Origin: Squalus acanthias
Taxonomy: Eukaryota
Direction of reading: 5' to 3'
Length of the DNA stretch: 64,000 nucleotides
NCBI GenBank assembly: GCA_030390025.1
Contig: CM059425.1
Span: 169,820,001-169,884,000, forward strand
In this document: positions 1 to 14,051 of the stretch, piece after piece
Layout: each line of letters begins with the position of its first letter
Numbering within the stretch: position 1 is the stretch's first letter
The notes under the pieces: model-generated
Told to the model about the DNA's origin: nothing
The model's database searches: none
Seen by the model: only the letters and a program-made list of their open reading frames with translations
Position numbers and translations under genes: made by a program

Positions 1-785
1 GAAATGGCTGCCGGTTGCACTTAAAGAAGTGCTTGTTTTTTTTTAAATCTATTTTTTATCAGATTGAATCCAATTCACCAATTGGGTGTTCGAGACCATG
101 GTGCTGGAGGTCTTACAATAAAGCCCTACAAATATGGAGCTTCCATTTTTTATATTGAAGTGCCCATTTTAAATGGATGTTGAGTGCTGTTCCAGTTGTG
201 TTATGGAGTTTTGCCCTAATAAAAACAAAACTGTGGGCTTCAATGAGCCTTGCACACAGTTGGCAGGCACCAAGGCCGCAAACTTAATTGCGCTGAGGGG
301 GTGGGTTTGGAGGTGGGTCTGTAGCGAAAATCAGAGAAATTGGGGTGGGCTGCAAACCCGCCTCCATCCCGCCTCCACGCGACTTTGGGAAGTGTCGGGT
401 CAGCCGCTCCCGAACCAAATGGCAGGACAGGTTGTTAAGGCAGTTAACAGGTCGTTAACTGCCTGGATAATCTTATTTTAAAGGGCTGATCTGATTCTGG
501 AGGTTTTTCAACATGCTGCCCGCCTTCATAAAAACACGCCAGGTGAATCAAGCCGGGTTGACCTAGGACCTGAATTGTTGCCAGCTGCTCGAGCAGCTTA
601 AAAGCGGTCCTGCAATCTCTCATTCTTTCACATGCCACAACTTAGTGGTTTGAGGTTCGGGAGACATTTTGCAGCTCAACTAATCTTGTGAGTGTTGAGT
701 CTGAAATCCATCTGCTGACCTCCTTGAAAGACCCTCTGGCCACTTTGTCTGAGCGCACACAACCTCCGTTCCTTGACTGAGATAT

Positions 786-2006
786 ATGCCAATGGTATGG
801 GAACCATTTGTATCCTGGTTGCAGCACCACAACCAGGCACAGCAGCAGCACCAACAGCAGGAGTGCCAACCTTCTCCTCAGCCTCCTGATGCTGCACAGG
901 GCAGAGGGCATCAGCGCAGACCTGCACCTCGCCGCAGGAGATATCCCCAACACAAGGTTTACAGGCAGAGGATGAGCTTCCTCAACATGAGTGAGCAGCA
1001 GTGCCAAAGGAGGCTGAGACTTCCACAAGAGGTAGTCGCTGACATCTGCACAATGCTGCACCAACACCTGGAGCCCAGAGGAGGGTGTGGACACTCCTTA
1101 CCAGTGGCTGTCAAAGTCACCACCGCACGCAACTTCGTTGCTTTGGGCTCCTTCCAGGGATCATCAGCCGACATCAGCGGCATCTCCCAGTCGGCCGCAC
1201 ACACTTGCATCACGCAGGCAACCAATGCCCTCTTTGCAAAGGTGCCCAATTAAATCCACTTCTCCACGGATGAAGCAAGTGTAACTGCGCGTGTGGTTGG
1301 CTTTGCAAATATGGCAGGCTTCCCAAGGGTGCAGGGTGTCATAGACTGCACACATGTGGCCATTAGGGCACTCCATCACAACCTAGCTGATTTTGTCAAC
1401 TGCAAGGGCTTCCACTCCCTTCACGTCCAGCTGGTGTGTAACCACAGGAATATCATAATGCATGTTTGCGCAAAGTACTCTGGCAGTTGCCATGACTCCT
1501 TCATCCTGCGCCAGTCCACTGTGCCTCAGCTCTTCTATCCGTCAAACCAACATTCCGGATGGCTACTTGGCAATAAGGTCTATCCCCTGAAAAAGTGGCT
1601 CATGACACCGATGAGGAGGCCATCAAATGAGGCTGAGGAGCGGTACAATGTGAGTCACATATCCACCAGAAGCATCACAGAGCAAACCATCGGCTCTCTC
1701 AAAATGCGATTCGGATGCCTCGACAGATCTGGTGGAGCCCTGCAGTATGTACCAGTCAGGGTCTCCAGAATCATCGTCGTCTGCTATGCCCTGCACAACA
1801 AGACACAGCAGCGTGGCTTAGTGCTCCCTGAGGAAAAAGTGGCTCAGCGCAGAGCATCCTCGGAAGAAGAGGAGGAGGACGAGGATGAGGTCGAGGATGA
1901 GGAGGAGGCGCGCCTTGCGGGTCCGGATGTGACCAATGCAGCAGCCCTCAAGCTCACTGCTGACCGTCACGCAAGGGATGCACTCATTCATGCCAGATTC
2001 ACGTAA
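786..2006 (+). pseudogene. Harbinger (HARBI1-like) DDE transposase with an in-frame stop at 1251
   Basis: ORFs 786-1253 and 1293-2006 share a frame. Motifs [39 protein letters not shown] and an acidic tail. Confidence 0.92.
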
Positions 2007-2317
2007 GCTTACTCTTCAACCACAGGTGGCTAGCATATGGCTATGAATGTGTCAACGACCTTCCTACAATGTCATACATCATCTCTGCAATAAACGGTTC
2101 TTTCCTATCACTTTCACCACCTTCAGTACAAATGCAAGTCGCCCTGAGCCCTCAATGTGCAACTTCCATTTCCCAGAACACATAGGCCAGAACTTCAACT
2201 GTTTGCCATCACTTTTGTTTAATACATTCACAAAAGGATGACAATACAAAATATTAAACAGAACCAAAGACAACAGAACAAAACACCCAAGTGACTCCCC
2301 TTGTGACTATTTGTGCT

Positions 2318-4239
2318 TTATCTTCCTCTTATGCGTGCTTCTACGTGGTGCTTCACCTGTGGCTTCAGCAGACTTTGATGCTGCGCCTGCTTAGATGCCT
2401 TTGGCAGGCGTCCTCTGGGTTTGGGAGCCTGAGAGGGCTCTGAAACAGTCTGCTCTTCCTGCGGCTGTTCAGGGGCTGAAACGGCCATCTCAGTTGGGTG
2501 TGCAATGTGGGTCTCTGAGCGAGGGCTCCACAGTGGCATGGCTGTGTGAGCACTTGGAGAGGAGCCCCCACTTCGTTCTGTCCTGACAACAACATCCCTT
2601 TCATGGGTCAGCTGCACTTCAGTGCTAGCAAGTGGCTGGAGAGCACCTTGCTGCACATCAGGGGGTCCATGAGGACCCGTATCTGTACTGGCAAGTCCTC
2701 ATAACAAGGACGTCCATGAATCTCTGGTGTCTCTCCTCAATAGATGCCCATCTCTCCTCCATAGCAGACAATCTATTTTGAAGAGTCACCATGCTTTCGT
2801 TAGTCTGGCCACTTATGTCCTCCATGGCGGTTGCCACCCTCTCCATGGCAGAAAGTTCATGCGTCATTGCCTCCACAAAGGCAGTGCTCATGTTAGAGAT
2901 GGACTTCCCCATTCTCTACACACTCACAGTTACCCTGGATGCAAACCCTGTCAGAGACTCCTGCACTTGTTCCTGGAGTTCCAGCACCGCTCTTTTTCTG
3001 GATGGCCCCAGAGGCATAGCGTCTGCATGCAGCTGAGCAGAGTTGGGAGAGTCCTGCGACCTCCGACGAGGACTCTCTACTGCTGTTGCTGTCTCCACCA
3101 TCTGCTGATGCTCACTTGTGAGCTGTGATACACCAGGTGACAACACTACTCTATGTCGCGAACGCCCCGCTGAGGTGTGCGTATCTGCGCTGGTGTTGGG
3201 TGCACTGAGTCCTGGTGATGCTGCTTCCTCAAAGGCTTCAGGTTCCTCTGAGGAGTCGTCTGGCTCTTCCTCCTGGGCAGTGGGGAGGGCGGCACTCGAT
3301 GGTCCTGTGGGAGAGTAAAGGCATGAGTTACACATCTGAATTTTAGGTAGCAGACACATCCTTTTGTGCAGGTGATACAAAGTGAATTTCTATGAACATC
3401 ATATGCTATTGCAGTCAATCATTAAATCTAAATGAGAGGGATGAAACTCTATTCTGTCACCAGCTTCGTCTAATGCGCCCGTCTCTCCGTCCCCTACTTC
3501 CAGCTCCTTGCCACCTCCAATGATCTCATGCGGAGTCTCCTCAGCACTGGTCAATATAGCGAGGGATTGTGTGCCTCCTCCTGTCTGTGCTCTCTCCATC
3601 TTATTGTGGGCTATCTTTTCCTGCAAGGAGGGACACAAATAGAGTTTCAACGAGAGTGATGGAGTGACTGTGAAGAATCCATAACATAGAAGGTTAGAGG
3701 GAGATGAGGATGGAGTGAGGTGCCAAGAGGAAGCTGCCTCCCTGTGCATTGTTAGTTGTTGTCATTGCATAATAGTGAGAGCGAGTGTGAGGGGTGCATA
3801 GTAAGGTGGTGAGGTGATTCGGTACAGAGAGAGAGGTAGATAGGTAAGGGTCCAAGGGAAGTAAGGGCAAGGTGGGATGTGGAGGAGCAGGCTTACAAAG
3901 CAGAGTGCTGGTGATGAGAAGAGAAGGGAAGCAGATTGAAGGTAAGTGTGATGTGAAACTCACTTTTGATGATCACAGAAGATCATTAAACCGTTTCCGG
4001 CACTGGATCCAGGTGCGTGAACAAATGGACCTTACACTGACCTCCTCAGCAATGTGCAGCCAGGCTGCCTTGGTTTGCTGAAGAGGCTTCCTCTGGCCAT
4101 CGGGAGGGAACACAATCTCCCTGCGTCCTCTTACTCCCTCCACAAGAGCTTGGAGGGAGTCCTCATTGAAACGTGGAGCAGCCTTCGGTTTGGAAGCACT
4201 CCTGGTGGCCTTGCCACATTCAGACACCAGCAGAATCAA
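2318..4239 (-). pseudogene. Harbinger Myb/SANT-like DNA-binding protein gene, 3 exons (~4239-3964, 3620-3461, 3304-2318)
   Basis: APRFNEDSLQALVEGV..W..IAEEV..RTWIQCRKRFNDL, then KIAHNKMERAQTGGG. GT/AG sites visible. Several stops. Confidence 0.85.
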
Positions 4240-4475
4240 GAAATTAAAGGCTGAGGCTGCATGGGACCCATAAAAACATCTGCACTAATGACGTCATCAG
4301 AGGCGACTAACAGACCCGATCCCAGTCATTGGACCGGCCAGTGCGCACCACGGCACTTAAAGGAGCCAATTAAATTAAAATTTCAACTCGGGAGTGGAAG
4401 CAGCCGGCAGCGGGTCCGGACCCGCCCACCAGGCAACCCAACTCCAAGCCCCCTCCGCAATTAAATTCGTGGCCC

Positions 4476-4745
4476 AAGTCTCAAAGCACTGAAACTGCTT
4501 GGGATCTGCACTATGGAGCACTCTGCGTATTGACCATCCACACCCAATAATGCCTGATGTATAGCAGTGCTTTGGGCACCATGAACCATACTCTCACCAT
4601 CCCCTACACCCTCAATTTTCTTACAGGCAAGAGTGTCCAGGATGGCCTCCTCAAAGGGAGTCAAGGATTTTTCATTTCTGGCCACTCCTCCAGTTTGGGT
4701 TTCTTCCCTTATGTTATATGCCATTTTGACATGCAAACTGAGAAA
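4476..4745 (-). pseudogene. Older Harbinger Myb gene exon-2 remnant
   Basis: KMAYNIREETQTGG..LTPFEE..VGDGE resembles exon 2 of the neighbouring Myb gene. Confidence 0.55.
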
Positions 4746-5041
4746 TAGTTTGGATGTGTTGTAAGTTCAAGGAGCACATGCACAGTGACAGATGTGTTGC
4801 CAACCTGTGTGTCAGTAGCTGATCATGCTTCGTGCAACTGGGTAGTGGCGCAATGATTTGCCTTTTTATCATGTCAGCATTCCAATGGCTCTAGTTGTAA
4901 GTTGCATCTGGAGTATGGGCATGGTAAGCAATGAAAGAGCAGTAAGGTTGTTTGAGGGGTTGGTTTGGGCCTGCAGTAAATATATAGCAAGTTGATAGGT
5001 ATCACTTTGTAGTACACATACTTAAATCATCTACCTGGTAT

Positions 5042-5830
5042 ATGATACAGCTGAGTAGATATATCTTTCCAGCTTTCATAAGGTGCAGGAAAGGATACCC
5101 CGGAGCATGGTACATCGGCGAGACCATGCAGACACTGCGACAACGTATGAACGGACACCGCACAACAATCGCCAGGCAGGAGTGTTCCCTCCCAGTCGGG
5201 GAACACTTCAGCAGTCAAGGACATTCAGCCTCCGATCTTCGGGTAAGCGTTCTCCAAGGCGGCCTTCGAGACACACGACAACGCAAAATCGTCGAACAGA
5301 AACTGATAGCCAAGTTCCGCACTCATGAGGACGGCCTCAACTGGGATCTTGGGTTCATGTCACGCTACATGTAACCCCACCTGACGTAGAGTCATCCAGA
5401 CTCGAGTCGTCGTTGGCTTGTTCTCTCTACACAGATGCGGCCGGACCTGTTGTGATTTCCAGCAAAAAAAGTTTTTTGTTTTGCATACAGACCCCGGCAT
5501 CTGCCACATTTGACCCCTTGTGATCCCACTTCATTGTCTTTGCGGTAATGTTTTCCTGACTGACCTGTTTGGACACCATCCACACCTTTGATTGCTGTGA
5601 TTATCTCTCTGCCGAGGTGTGATAAAGGGCAGTTAGAAAGATTAACTGTAATCATCTGGCAGTGTTCTCTGACTATATATGCTGTGCCTATATGCATCTC
5701 TTCACTTCACCTGACGAAGGAGCAGCGCTCCGAAAGCTTGTGATTTCAAATAAAGCTGTTGGACTATAACCTGGTGTTGTGCGACTTCTCACATTTGTCC
5801 ACCCCAGTCCAACACCGGCATCTCCACTTC
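5042..5830 (+). mobile_element. Penelope-like element 3' end (GIY-YIG endonuclease plus hammerhead-bearing terminal repeat)
   Basis: YIGETMQTLRQRMNGHR..EHF..EQKLIAKF..GLNWD, followed by hammerhead motifs and AATAAA. Confidence 0.88.
5707..5743 (+). ncRNA. Minimal type I hammerhead ribozyme
   Basis: tcac-CTGACGA-a-GGAGC agc GCTCC-GAAA-gctt-gtga: catalytic core, stem II, stem I and palindromic AAGCTT stem III. Confidence 0.8.
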
Positions 5831-6924
5831 ATAAGGTGTGCCATCTTCGGCATCTGTTCCCAGATTATGCAGGAAATGTACACACCATTACCTCTAGCTG
5901 CCGTCTCCTGCCGGGGCATGCCACACTATTGGCCTGTGAAGAGGGTGCCCTCAAGTAGCAAAAAGGGACAACCCTCCTCATACCACCTCCTGCAGAAACA
6001 CTTCCACTTTGCCATCAATCAAACAGGGTGCTGTGTTACTCTATCTCATACTCATAAACTCTTTCCTGCCTCCACATTTCTTCTGCCTTTCACTGATTTT
6101 TGTTGGCCACTTTCTTGCTAACACAGCCTTTGGATAGCCAATTGAAAATGATCAAGCTCATACAACCTTTGTAAAGGCTGCAAAACATTTTTGAACCTTT
6201 CACCTTTAAATGGCTATATCTCTTTAAATTGTAGGGCTGTAGCTGTGCTGAATATTCCCTCCTCTCCTTTAGATTTGCAGGGGGAGGTATCGTCTAGGTT
6301 AGGAGGTTCCTCTGTATATTCAATTGCGACCAATTCTATTTTGAGCAAGTGGAAGGTTCTCGCGTTTCGGTCCCACAGACCGTGTGCCAGGACCGGAGAA
6401 TTTTATCCACAAATAACCAAATTTAATCACTTCAGGACTGAACAGGTCAGTTTCTTAAAATAAAAATGCAACAACACTTTTTGTGAACTGCTGCAAGTTT
6501 TCCAATATCATCAATGTGATTGGCATTAATTTGTACCACACAATCTCGCTATATACTTCTTAACAACAACAACAACTTGTATTTATATAGCGCCCACTCG
6601 ATTTTCAGTCCATTAACCTTTCTCCTACTTGTATCTGTCTTAAAAATGTTTTCTGCATATATTAAGTTGGTATGTTGTTAGTTTCTGTCTTGCTCTTGGT
6701 AACGAGTGGAGGTTGGAAGCTATCCCATGATGAACATTACTGATTATTACTGCTGGAATATTGTTCTTCACGGGTGTTGACAACAATGCTTCACACTCAG
6801 TAATGAAATAAAACTACTTATGGCTGTATTCTTGATCCTACTGGTCTGTTCTGAACTCATGACAGTTCAGTGCACCATCTATCATTGTCTTGGCATCAAT
6901 AGTCACACTCAATGAGAACAGACA

Positions 6925-6987
6925 GACTTGCATTTATAGAGCACCTTGCACGACCTCAGGACATCCCAAAGCGCTTTACAGCCAATA
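6925..6987 (-). repeat. DeuSINE-like tail fragment
   Basis: acttgcatttatagagcacc..cccaaagcgctttacagccaat. Related pieces at 6563-6595, 40820-40945 and 47105. Confidence 0.55.
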
Positions 6988-7316
6988 ACTATAAGATCAG
7001 ATCGGCTTTTCTCAGAACTTTCTCAATTGGGAGCATTTAGATCTCTCTCTTATTTCCATCTGAATCACAACTACGCAAAGTAACCTAGTGCCACAAAAAA
7101 TTGCATTTTATATATTACCCAAAACAGAGGGACAAAATGCAATGAATTTAAAATATTTCCCAAAATGTTCAGCTTCACAGCATATAATATAAATACAGGC
7201 AGGATACATAGGGTCAAGATGCTACAAGAGGATAATCTTCAGCATTTACTCTTGGAATTGTGCTATTTCAATGGATTCAGCAGAGGAGTGAGATGTAAAC
7301 ATATGACACTTTCAGG

Positions 7317-7460
7317 ACTGAGATAGATTTTTGTTAGGCAAGGGTATCAAGGGATACAGAGCAAAGGTGGGTAAATAGAGTTGAGGTACAGATCAGCCGT
7401 GATCTAATTGAATGGTGGAAGGGCCGAATGGCCAACTCTTGTCCCTATTTTTCTATGTAC
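7317..7460 (+). repeat. CR1 3' end fragment
   Basis: gatcagccgtgatctaattgaatgg..ggccgaatggcc, shared with the other CR1 3' UTRs. Confidence 0.7.
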
Positions 7461-8458
7461 ACTATACTCTTATCATTCTGGATCGTCTCAGACCTACTTA
7501 CACCAGCTTCAGTAGGCAGCTTAGCAGCTTGGACCAAGACAGTCAAGCAAAGAAAAGAAAAAACATTTTGAAACTCTACACATTGAGCTCTCTCAGCTGG
7601 TAAAATGTAAATTATCACCCAGCTTAAGTTGTATAAAAGGCCTAAGCACATAAAGTCTACTTTGCATATATTGTTTTGGATAGATCCTTCAAACTTAGCT
7701 TCTTAGTTTATAGATGGATTGTTGTTACACAGCTATTAAAATGGCTGTAGTCTTGAATTAAAAGATAAAATTTATCTGGCGAGGTAGTGTTCTAATAACC
7801 ATTAAATGCTTTCAGCTATGAAAACAGACGTAAGTATTGACTGCTGCTAAAATTTACTCTGATTCATTTCAAACTGTAATCACCACCCTAAATGTCTACT
7901 GCTACTTATGGACGTCTAAAATATATTGTAATTTCACAAGGAAATGTCACTGTTTGTTAGCAATCAAACAAAGAAAGAATGACTATTGTTTGACATAAAC
8001 CAGAAATTACTGTTTCAAAAATCAAGCTTTCCATACATAGCGTTTTTACAAGGAAAGACACACATAGTTTATTATACTGTATTTGCAAAACACCAATTAT
8101 AGTCAAACCTTACTGTTTTTCATTATAATCATGACTAATGGTCACAGCTGCAGTAGTAACTAGTGACTTATAACATCTAAGAACTACCAAAATATCCTGA
8201 AACAGTGGCATTGTGTATTGGTGGTGATTAGGTCATTTGTGCTAATTGGTGGAACTGCATGGGTAATTATTCAGAGAAAAAAAAATCCAAAACCATGAAC
8301 ATGTATGTTTTTAAATTGTCTAATTCTTCATATATATATTAAGATAAATGAACATAAAAACAATCCCATGTAATGAGAACTGATGATTTCCCATTGTCCA
8401 CAGATAAATGACTAATTTAATATGACGTTAACAAGCCAAACAGAGCTGTGGACACATA

Positions 8459-8950
8459 GGGGGCTAAATTCGTTATGACCCATTTTCAGACACATAACTA
8501 ACGATATGCTTCCATCATCCACCCAAATCACGAGGCCTGAGGACCATGCTAAATTGATCCATCGCCTTATTGTCATAACCTAGGCAAGCTGCCTGCACCT
8601 GTTGACCCCTCCAGAAGTAGCTCGCCCATATGGCTGAATAACCTTGCTGGCAGCCACCCTGAGGTAGGTATTGGCGATGGGGCAGGAAAATGGGAGGGCG
8701 TCCAAGCCGGGGGCAGCAATGGCCCACACTCCTGCTCCTCTCAGCTCCACATCAAGATAAGTATGAAAAAAATACTTAAAATTTTAGTGGTTAGGCTACT
8801 TGTAGACTAGGTAATGCTGAGTGGAGCAGGCTCAGTGCCTGCTCAGTTCCATTTCAGGCAGCTGCCAGTGCCACCTAATAAAAGACCCTGTCGAATTTTG
8901 CGCCTGTTTTATGGGTGTAAAACGGATGTAACAATGTTGAATTTCTACCC
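8459..8950. mobile_element. Degenerate non-autonomous Harbinger-like element
   Basis: GGG..AAATTC / GAATTTCTACCC termini around a GC-rich island in AT-rich DNA. Confidence 0.5.
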
Positions 8951-10347
8951 ACAAGTAACTTCAGGAAAAGGACATTTTTATTGTAAGTCACTTTCCAGTT
9001 TCGATAGCCTAATATTCCTTGGAGAATGAAATTGTTGGATTTTATATATAGCATATATATTTGGCCACCTTTATATCAATTTCAGGATGACGTGCTAATT
9101 ATACTGGAATGATCAAGGCCATGGGTTTGTAAAGCCATGTACAGATAAGAATATCATAACATATGCACAATAAGATCAGGTTGGATAATGGATGATTGCA
9201 GAATAATTTACTTCTATTTTGCAGAGGTTCAAATAATGGATGTTCAAATCCTCATGATCTTAAAATCCTCAAAAAGCAGAGAATTTTGGTGTCAAGAAAA
9301 CTGTCAGATTTTCACTGGAGGACAAACTTTCACCACTGTACATGATCCCACACCTACAATGCATACCAATGTGTTGATACAGAGCTACGGTGCAGCTCTG
9401 GGCCCTTCCCTGATGCTGTTGTTACTGACAGCAAGCTTTAATGTGAAATCTGACTTGCTTATAGAAGCAACTAATAGCAAAGCATAATTACTCATTTAAA
9501 ATTGTGACAAGCCCCCAGATGAGAATAGTATTTTAGCACATTTCATATAGATGTTAACAGTTCTTCTGTTAACAAAACGTGTTTTCAATAAGGAGTATAT
9601 ATGGCTAATTTTAAAAAGCATTCCCTGCACTGTTTCATGTTACAGTTGGCCTCTGTGTTACACAAAGTCCTGCCATTAACAGAAACAGAATTCAATGAAA
9701 AATGATTCTAATGGGCAACCTTTGACCACTTTAATATGCAAAGAATTTACATTGCAGTGTGCAGATTTTATTACACCATCATGACACACAGCCAAATATC
9801 AAAAGCCATTAGATGCTATATACTGGATGTTACATACAAGATTGACAGTGAGACAATAACCTTAGTAACAATGAAACATGCTGAAGGGAAATCTCTATTG
9901 GAGTTTGCTCACACCAGCAAAAATGTAATACTAGCAATTGTATTTAGGTCATTGTTACTATTATTCCCAACTCACACAGACAATCACACATATATACACA
10001 TATGCTATTTTGCAATGGGGTACCAGGGAGAAACATCTACGCTTAAACTGTATGCTGATAACCTTAGGATGTACTTAGATGTCCTTTGTATAATTTCTAT
10101 TCTTATCCCTACAGAAATGATTGTATATATCCTTTTAATCCCTTTTAACTTAAATCAGCATTCTTCCCATGAGGAAGTTTTCTATTTTTTTTAGAGTCCC
10201 TATTTGTTTTCTAGATTCCTGACCTATTATTTTCTTAGGTTTTTAGCAAAATAAATAGGAGGAGGATAGAATTTTGCAATTGCAACTGGCTGTTTCTGTG
10301 GGAATGTAGAATACTTCACTATCTGTGCTATAATTGTTTTTCCTTCG

Positions 10348-11420
10348 TAAGAACATAAGAAAAATCAAATATGAGAAACTTTATTCAGTCTACCAAAACT
10401 CAACTATTCTAACTCACACAGGCTAGCATACAATTGTACTTTGAATGCCCTGAAAGTCTGTGCTTTTACTGCACTCAGATTACTCCAGACACAGTTATTT
10501 CTAATATCTGATTTGAATTTACTTTTCATCAATCTATTTTTATGACTTTTGATCCTACTTGCCTGCTTTATTTTAAAGTAATATTCTGGATTTACCATAT
10601 CTACACCATTTACTATTTTATATACTTCAAAGAGTTTCCCTCTCCCTTAACTGTGTACTTTCCAAACTGTAAAGATTGAGCTTTATTCATATATCACTTC
10701 CCCCTACACTTCAAATCATTCCTGTTGTTCTTCACTGTACCAATCCATGCACATTCCTTTTGTAGCTAGATGTGGTCTGACTACTGCATTATAATGCCTC
10801 AGCATAACCTCTACCATTTTTACTATAAATCCCAGCATTTTATTAGCTTTCTTAATTGTCTCACTACATTGTCTAGACATTAACAGTGACAAATGCACTA
10901 TTACTTTCCGGTCCCTTTCTGATTCTCCCTGCGGTAGTTCTACTCTCTTTATTTTGTACACATGCTGTACATTCATTCACCCAATGTGTAATTCTGTACA
11001 TTTGTCAGAATTGCATTTAATTTTCTATCTATCAGGTCATTTGCATAAATGATCCAAATCATTTTGTAAATACTTGGCTGCATCCTGAGGCCTACTGTAT
11101 GACATTTGTTCATTTAGTTTCAGGCTCCAGCTCTTTTATGTAAATGAGAAACAAAAGACGTCCAAGAACTAAATAGGAACCAAGTTCACGTCAATAGACC
11201 TGTAGTTTCCTGGATTAGATAGTCACCCTTTTTAAATATAGATATTACATTTGCCATTTCTAATCCTGTGGTATCTCACCAGTGCCTAGTGACCCACGAT
11301 TATAGCCATCGCGCCTCAAGCCTCTTCCCTGGTCTCTTTCAACACCCTTAGATATATATCACGAGGCCCAAGCAATTCTTCCGTCTTAGGTTCCTTTAAT
11401 TTGTCCAATGGTCACAAATT
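10348..11420 (-). mobile_element. Old degraded CR1 LINE
   Basis: aagaacataag tail. Peptide IKKANKMLGFI..YNAVVRPHL. Confidence 0.65.
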
Positions 11421-12538
11421 CATTTAGGATATTTTCAATACTACAAAATTGGATATTTATTATCCTTTTCAGAGAAAATTTATAGAAAATATTTAGTATT
11501 CTATTTTCTCTTTTTTGGTTCCTTCCACTGCCATTGAATCATAAGCCTGTTATGCAGCTTCCCAGAGCCACAGCAAGCCATGAGGAGATATGCAAGTGTG
11601 GCCTAGGGTAAGTTTTACTTAGATTTCTGGGCATAACTATCACGTTGCACCTCTCAACAGAAGGCAAAGAACTGGAATTTATCATGCAAGGAATTCTAGT
11701 TGTAAATCTATACACTCTTTCAGTGGCACTAATTGTGCTGCTGGTTTCTTACTGCTAACAATTAGCTACTTTGAACTAATTGGTTGGTCTGTATATCTTT
11801 AGTATAACAAACCATTACAAACATATTTTGCCTATCATGTACTTGTTCTTTCCTTATTAATCAGGGCCTTTCGTGTGAATTGTACAATTTTATAGCTGTG
11901 GCAATTGCTGAAAAATTAATATCATCCACAGAAGTTAATTTATAGGTACACAATTCTTTATATAGTAATAATCACAACACTACATCATTGGATACTGAAG
12001 TAAAAAACCCATGTCTCAGTCTCAACTGATGCATACTTGGGCTTCCCCCAGGGCTTGCCATTTTTAAGCAGATCATTTGTGAGATGGAGGAACAAGTAGT
12101 TTCATCACTCAAGTGTGCTTCAAATAATTCAACCGGGGAATTGCATTAATATATCTGTGGGGATGGCCTTTGACTGGACAATCCTACTCTACTGACAAAA
12201 CAAATGCACTTGTAACAAATGGGGTTAAGTTAGGGGAAGACAAAAGAAGAGGAAAATGAAAAAGATAAAATTATATTCATATACATCATCCCTGATTTTC
12301 ATCAATCCAATGTTGTCAAGTCAGGGGTGAAAATAGATGTCTAACCTTTGAGGCTGACTTCACAAATGTAAAACTAAAATAAATCACAGTATTAGAAGGC
12401 AACTGATTCAAAACTACATTGTGCCTGAAAACTATTAATTATATTTAATTCCGTGAACCTCAGTTTGAATTGCTCCAGAATTTGATAATCCTTGATCCAC
12501 AATTTTGTCTTTTGATGCTGTAACATTTCAGAGACATT

Positions 12539-14050
12539 GGGCTGAATCTTAACCCCCAAAATGGGTGGGTTGGGGTCCAGTGAGATGTTAAAACTTTAAA
12601 ATTCCCATATCCAACCCCAACCCACCCACTTCCGGGTTTAATGGAGGCAAGACAAGGAGCTCCCAGGAGGCGGGTTGGCCAATGAAATATTTTAATGAGG
12701 CTGTCAGCCTCTGATTTAACCTGCTTTGCAGGTTTAACTGTGGTTGGACAGGTTTCCCAGTATCTCCCAGTTGGTGGCCGACAAATGCATAACACAGGTT
12801 ACTGATGACTTGTTTACCAGGACTGGCAATTATGTGAATTTTGCCTGCGATGACGCCAGTCAGAATGAGTGAGGTGCTTGGGTTTGCATCTCTGGCTGGC
12901 TTCCCACAGGGGCAGGGTGTCATCGACTGCACAGTTGTAGCAAGCCGCACACCCCAGATCAACCAGGAGTATTTGTGAACCGCAGGGCTTCCACTCCATC
13001 AATGTGCAGCTGGTGTGCAACCACAGAAAGATATTTCTGCAGGTGTGCGCAAGATTCCTGGGGAGCTGCCATGATGCTTTCGTCCTGCAGCAGTCCAAGC
13101 TCCCCGACCTCTTTGGACCTGCAAGAAGATTTAAGAGGTGGCTGCTAGGAGACAAGGGATACCCACTTCAAACTTGGCTGATGACACTCGTCAGAAACCC
13201 AACCAATAAAGCCCAACAGCTCTACAATGAATAACATATGACCAGCAGATGTGTGATCGAACAAACCATCGGCATGCTGAAGATGTGCTTTAGGTGCCTA
13301 GATAGATCTAGAGGCGTCTTCAGTACACACCAGCCAGGGTCTTCAGAATGGTTATGGTGTGCTGCATTCTGCACAACATTGTGCAGCAGCGAGGTTTAGA
13401 CCTACAGGAGGAACAAGGAGCAGAGTGCACATTGCCAGCAGATGATTAAGAGGAGGAGGAAGACAAGGAAGAGGAAGGTTTAAAGGGCAATGCAGCACCA
13501 GCTGCTCACAATGTTGCCAGGATGCCAGGGCTGCCCTTATTAATGCAAGGGTCACTTATGTTACACTAGTTGGCCGATGTCAGAACCACATGCAACGGCC
13601 ACTCTTCCTGCCCTGCCCAATGCCATTGACACAAAGCAATCCTGCAAACAACCAAACACCACTTACACATCCCCCCATTGGTCCCCGTCAATTCATGTCT
13701 TCCCATTCATTATCAAGCAAGTTAAAAGGCGACTTGGCACTCAGCAACCAAGAATGGGCTAGAGGGGAAAGTGGTGCAAAATAATAACATTTATGTAATT
13801 CTACTAAAGAACAGAAACTTCATAACATAACATTTTGTCATACACCCATGTGCATACACTTTTGGAACCACAAAGCTTTACTCTTCCTTTTCTGACTGCT
13901 CCTACATGGTGCAACCACTGTGGCTTGAGCAGAGGTTGAGGCAGGCTGCTCACACCCCTGCTGTGACTGCTGAGATGCTATTGGCCGACAACCTCTGGGT
14001 TTTGGAACCCGTAAGGGCCTGGCCAAAGGCTGCTCCACCTTTACTGACTG
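12539..14050. mobile_element. Decayed Harbinger (transposase fragment ~12860-13560 on +, Myb 3' end on -), probably continuing at 17341-17679 and 24180-24295
   Basis: GGGCTGAATCTT terminus. [39 protein letters not shown] tail of the Myb gene. Confidence 0.8.
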
Positions 14051-14051
14051 A

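Larger units (their letters stand above)
274..4475. mobile_element. PIF/Harbinger DNA transposon, full-length but decayed
   Basis: Imperfect TIRs (ggccgcaaacttaattgcg / cgcaattaaattcgtggcc) with a possible CAA TSD. Transposase on + and Myb/SANT gene on -, convergent. Confidence 0.85.

Noticed and set aside
9736..10194. 152-aa ORF
   Set aside because: AT-rich, with no recognisable domain or splice support.
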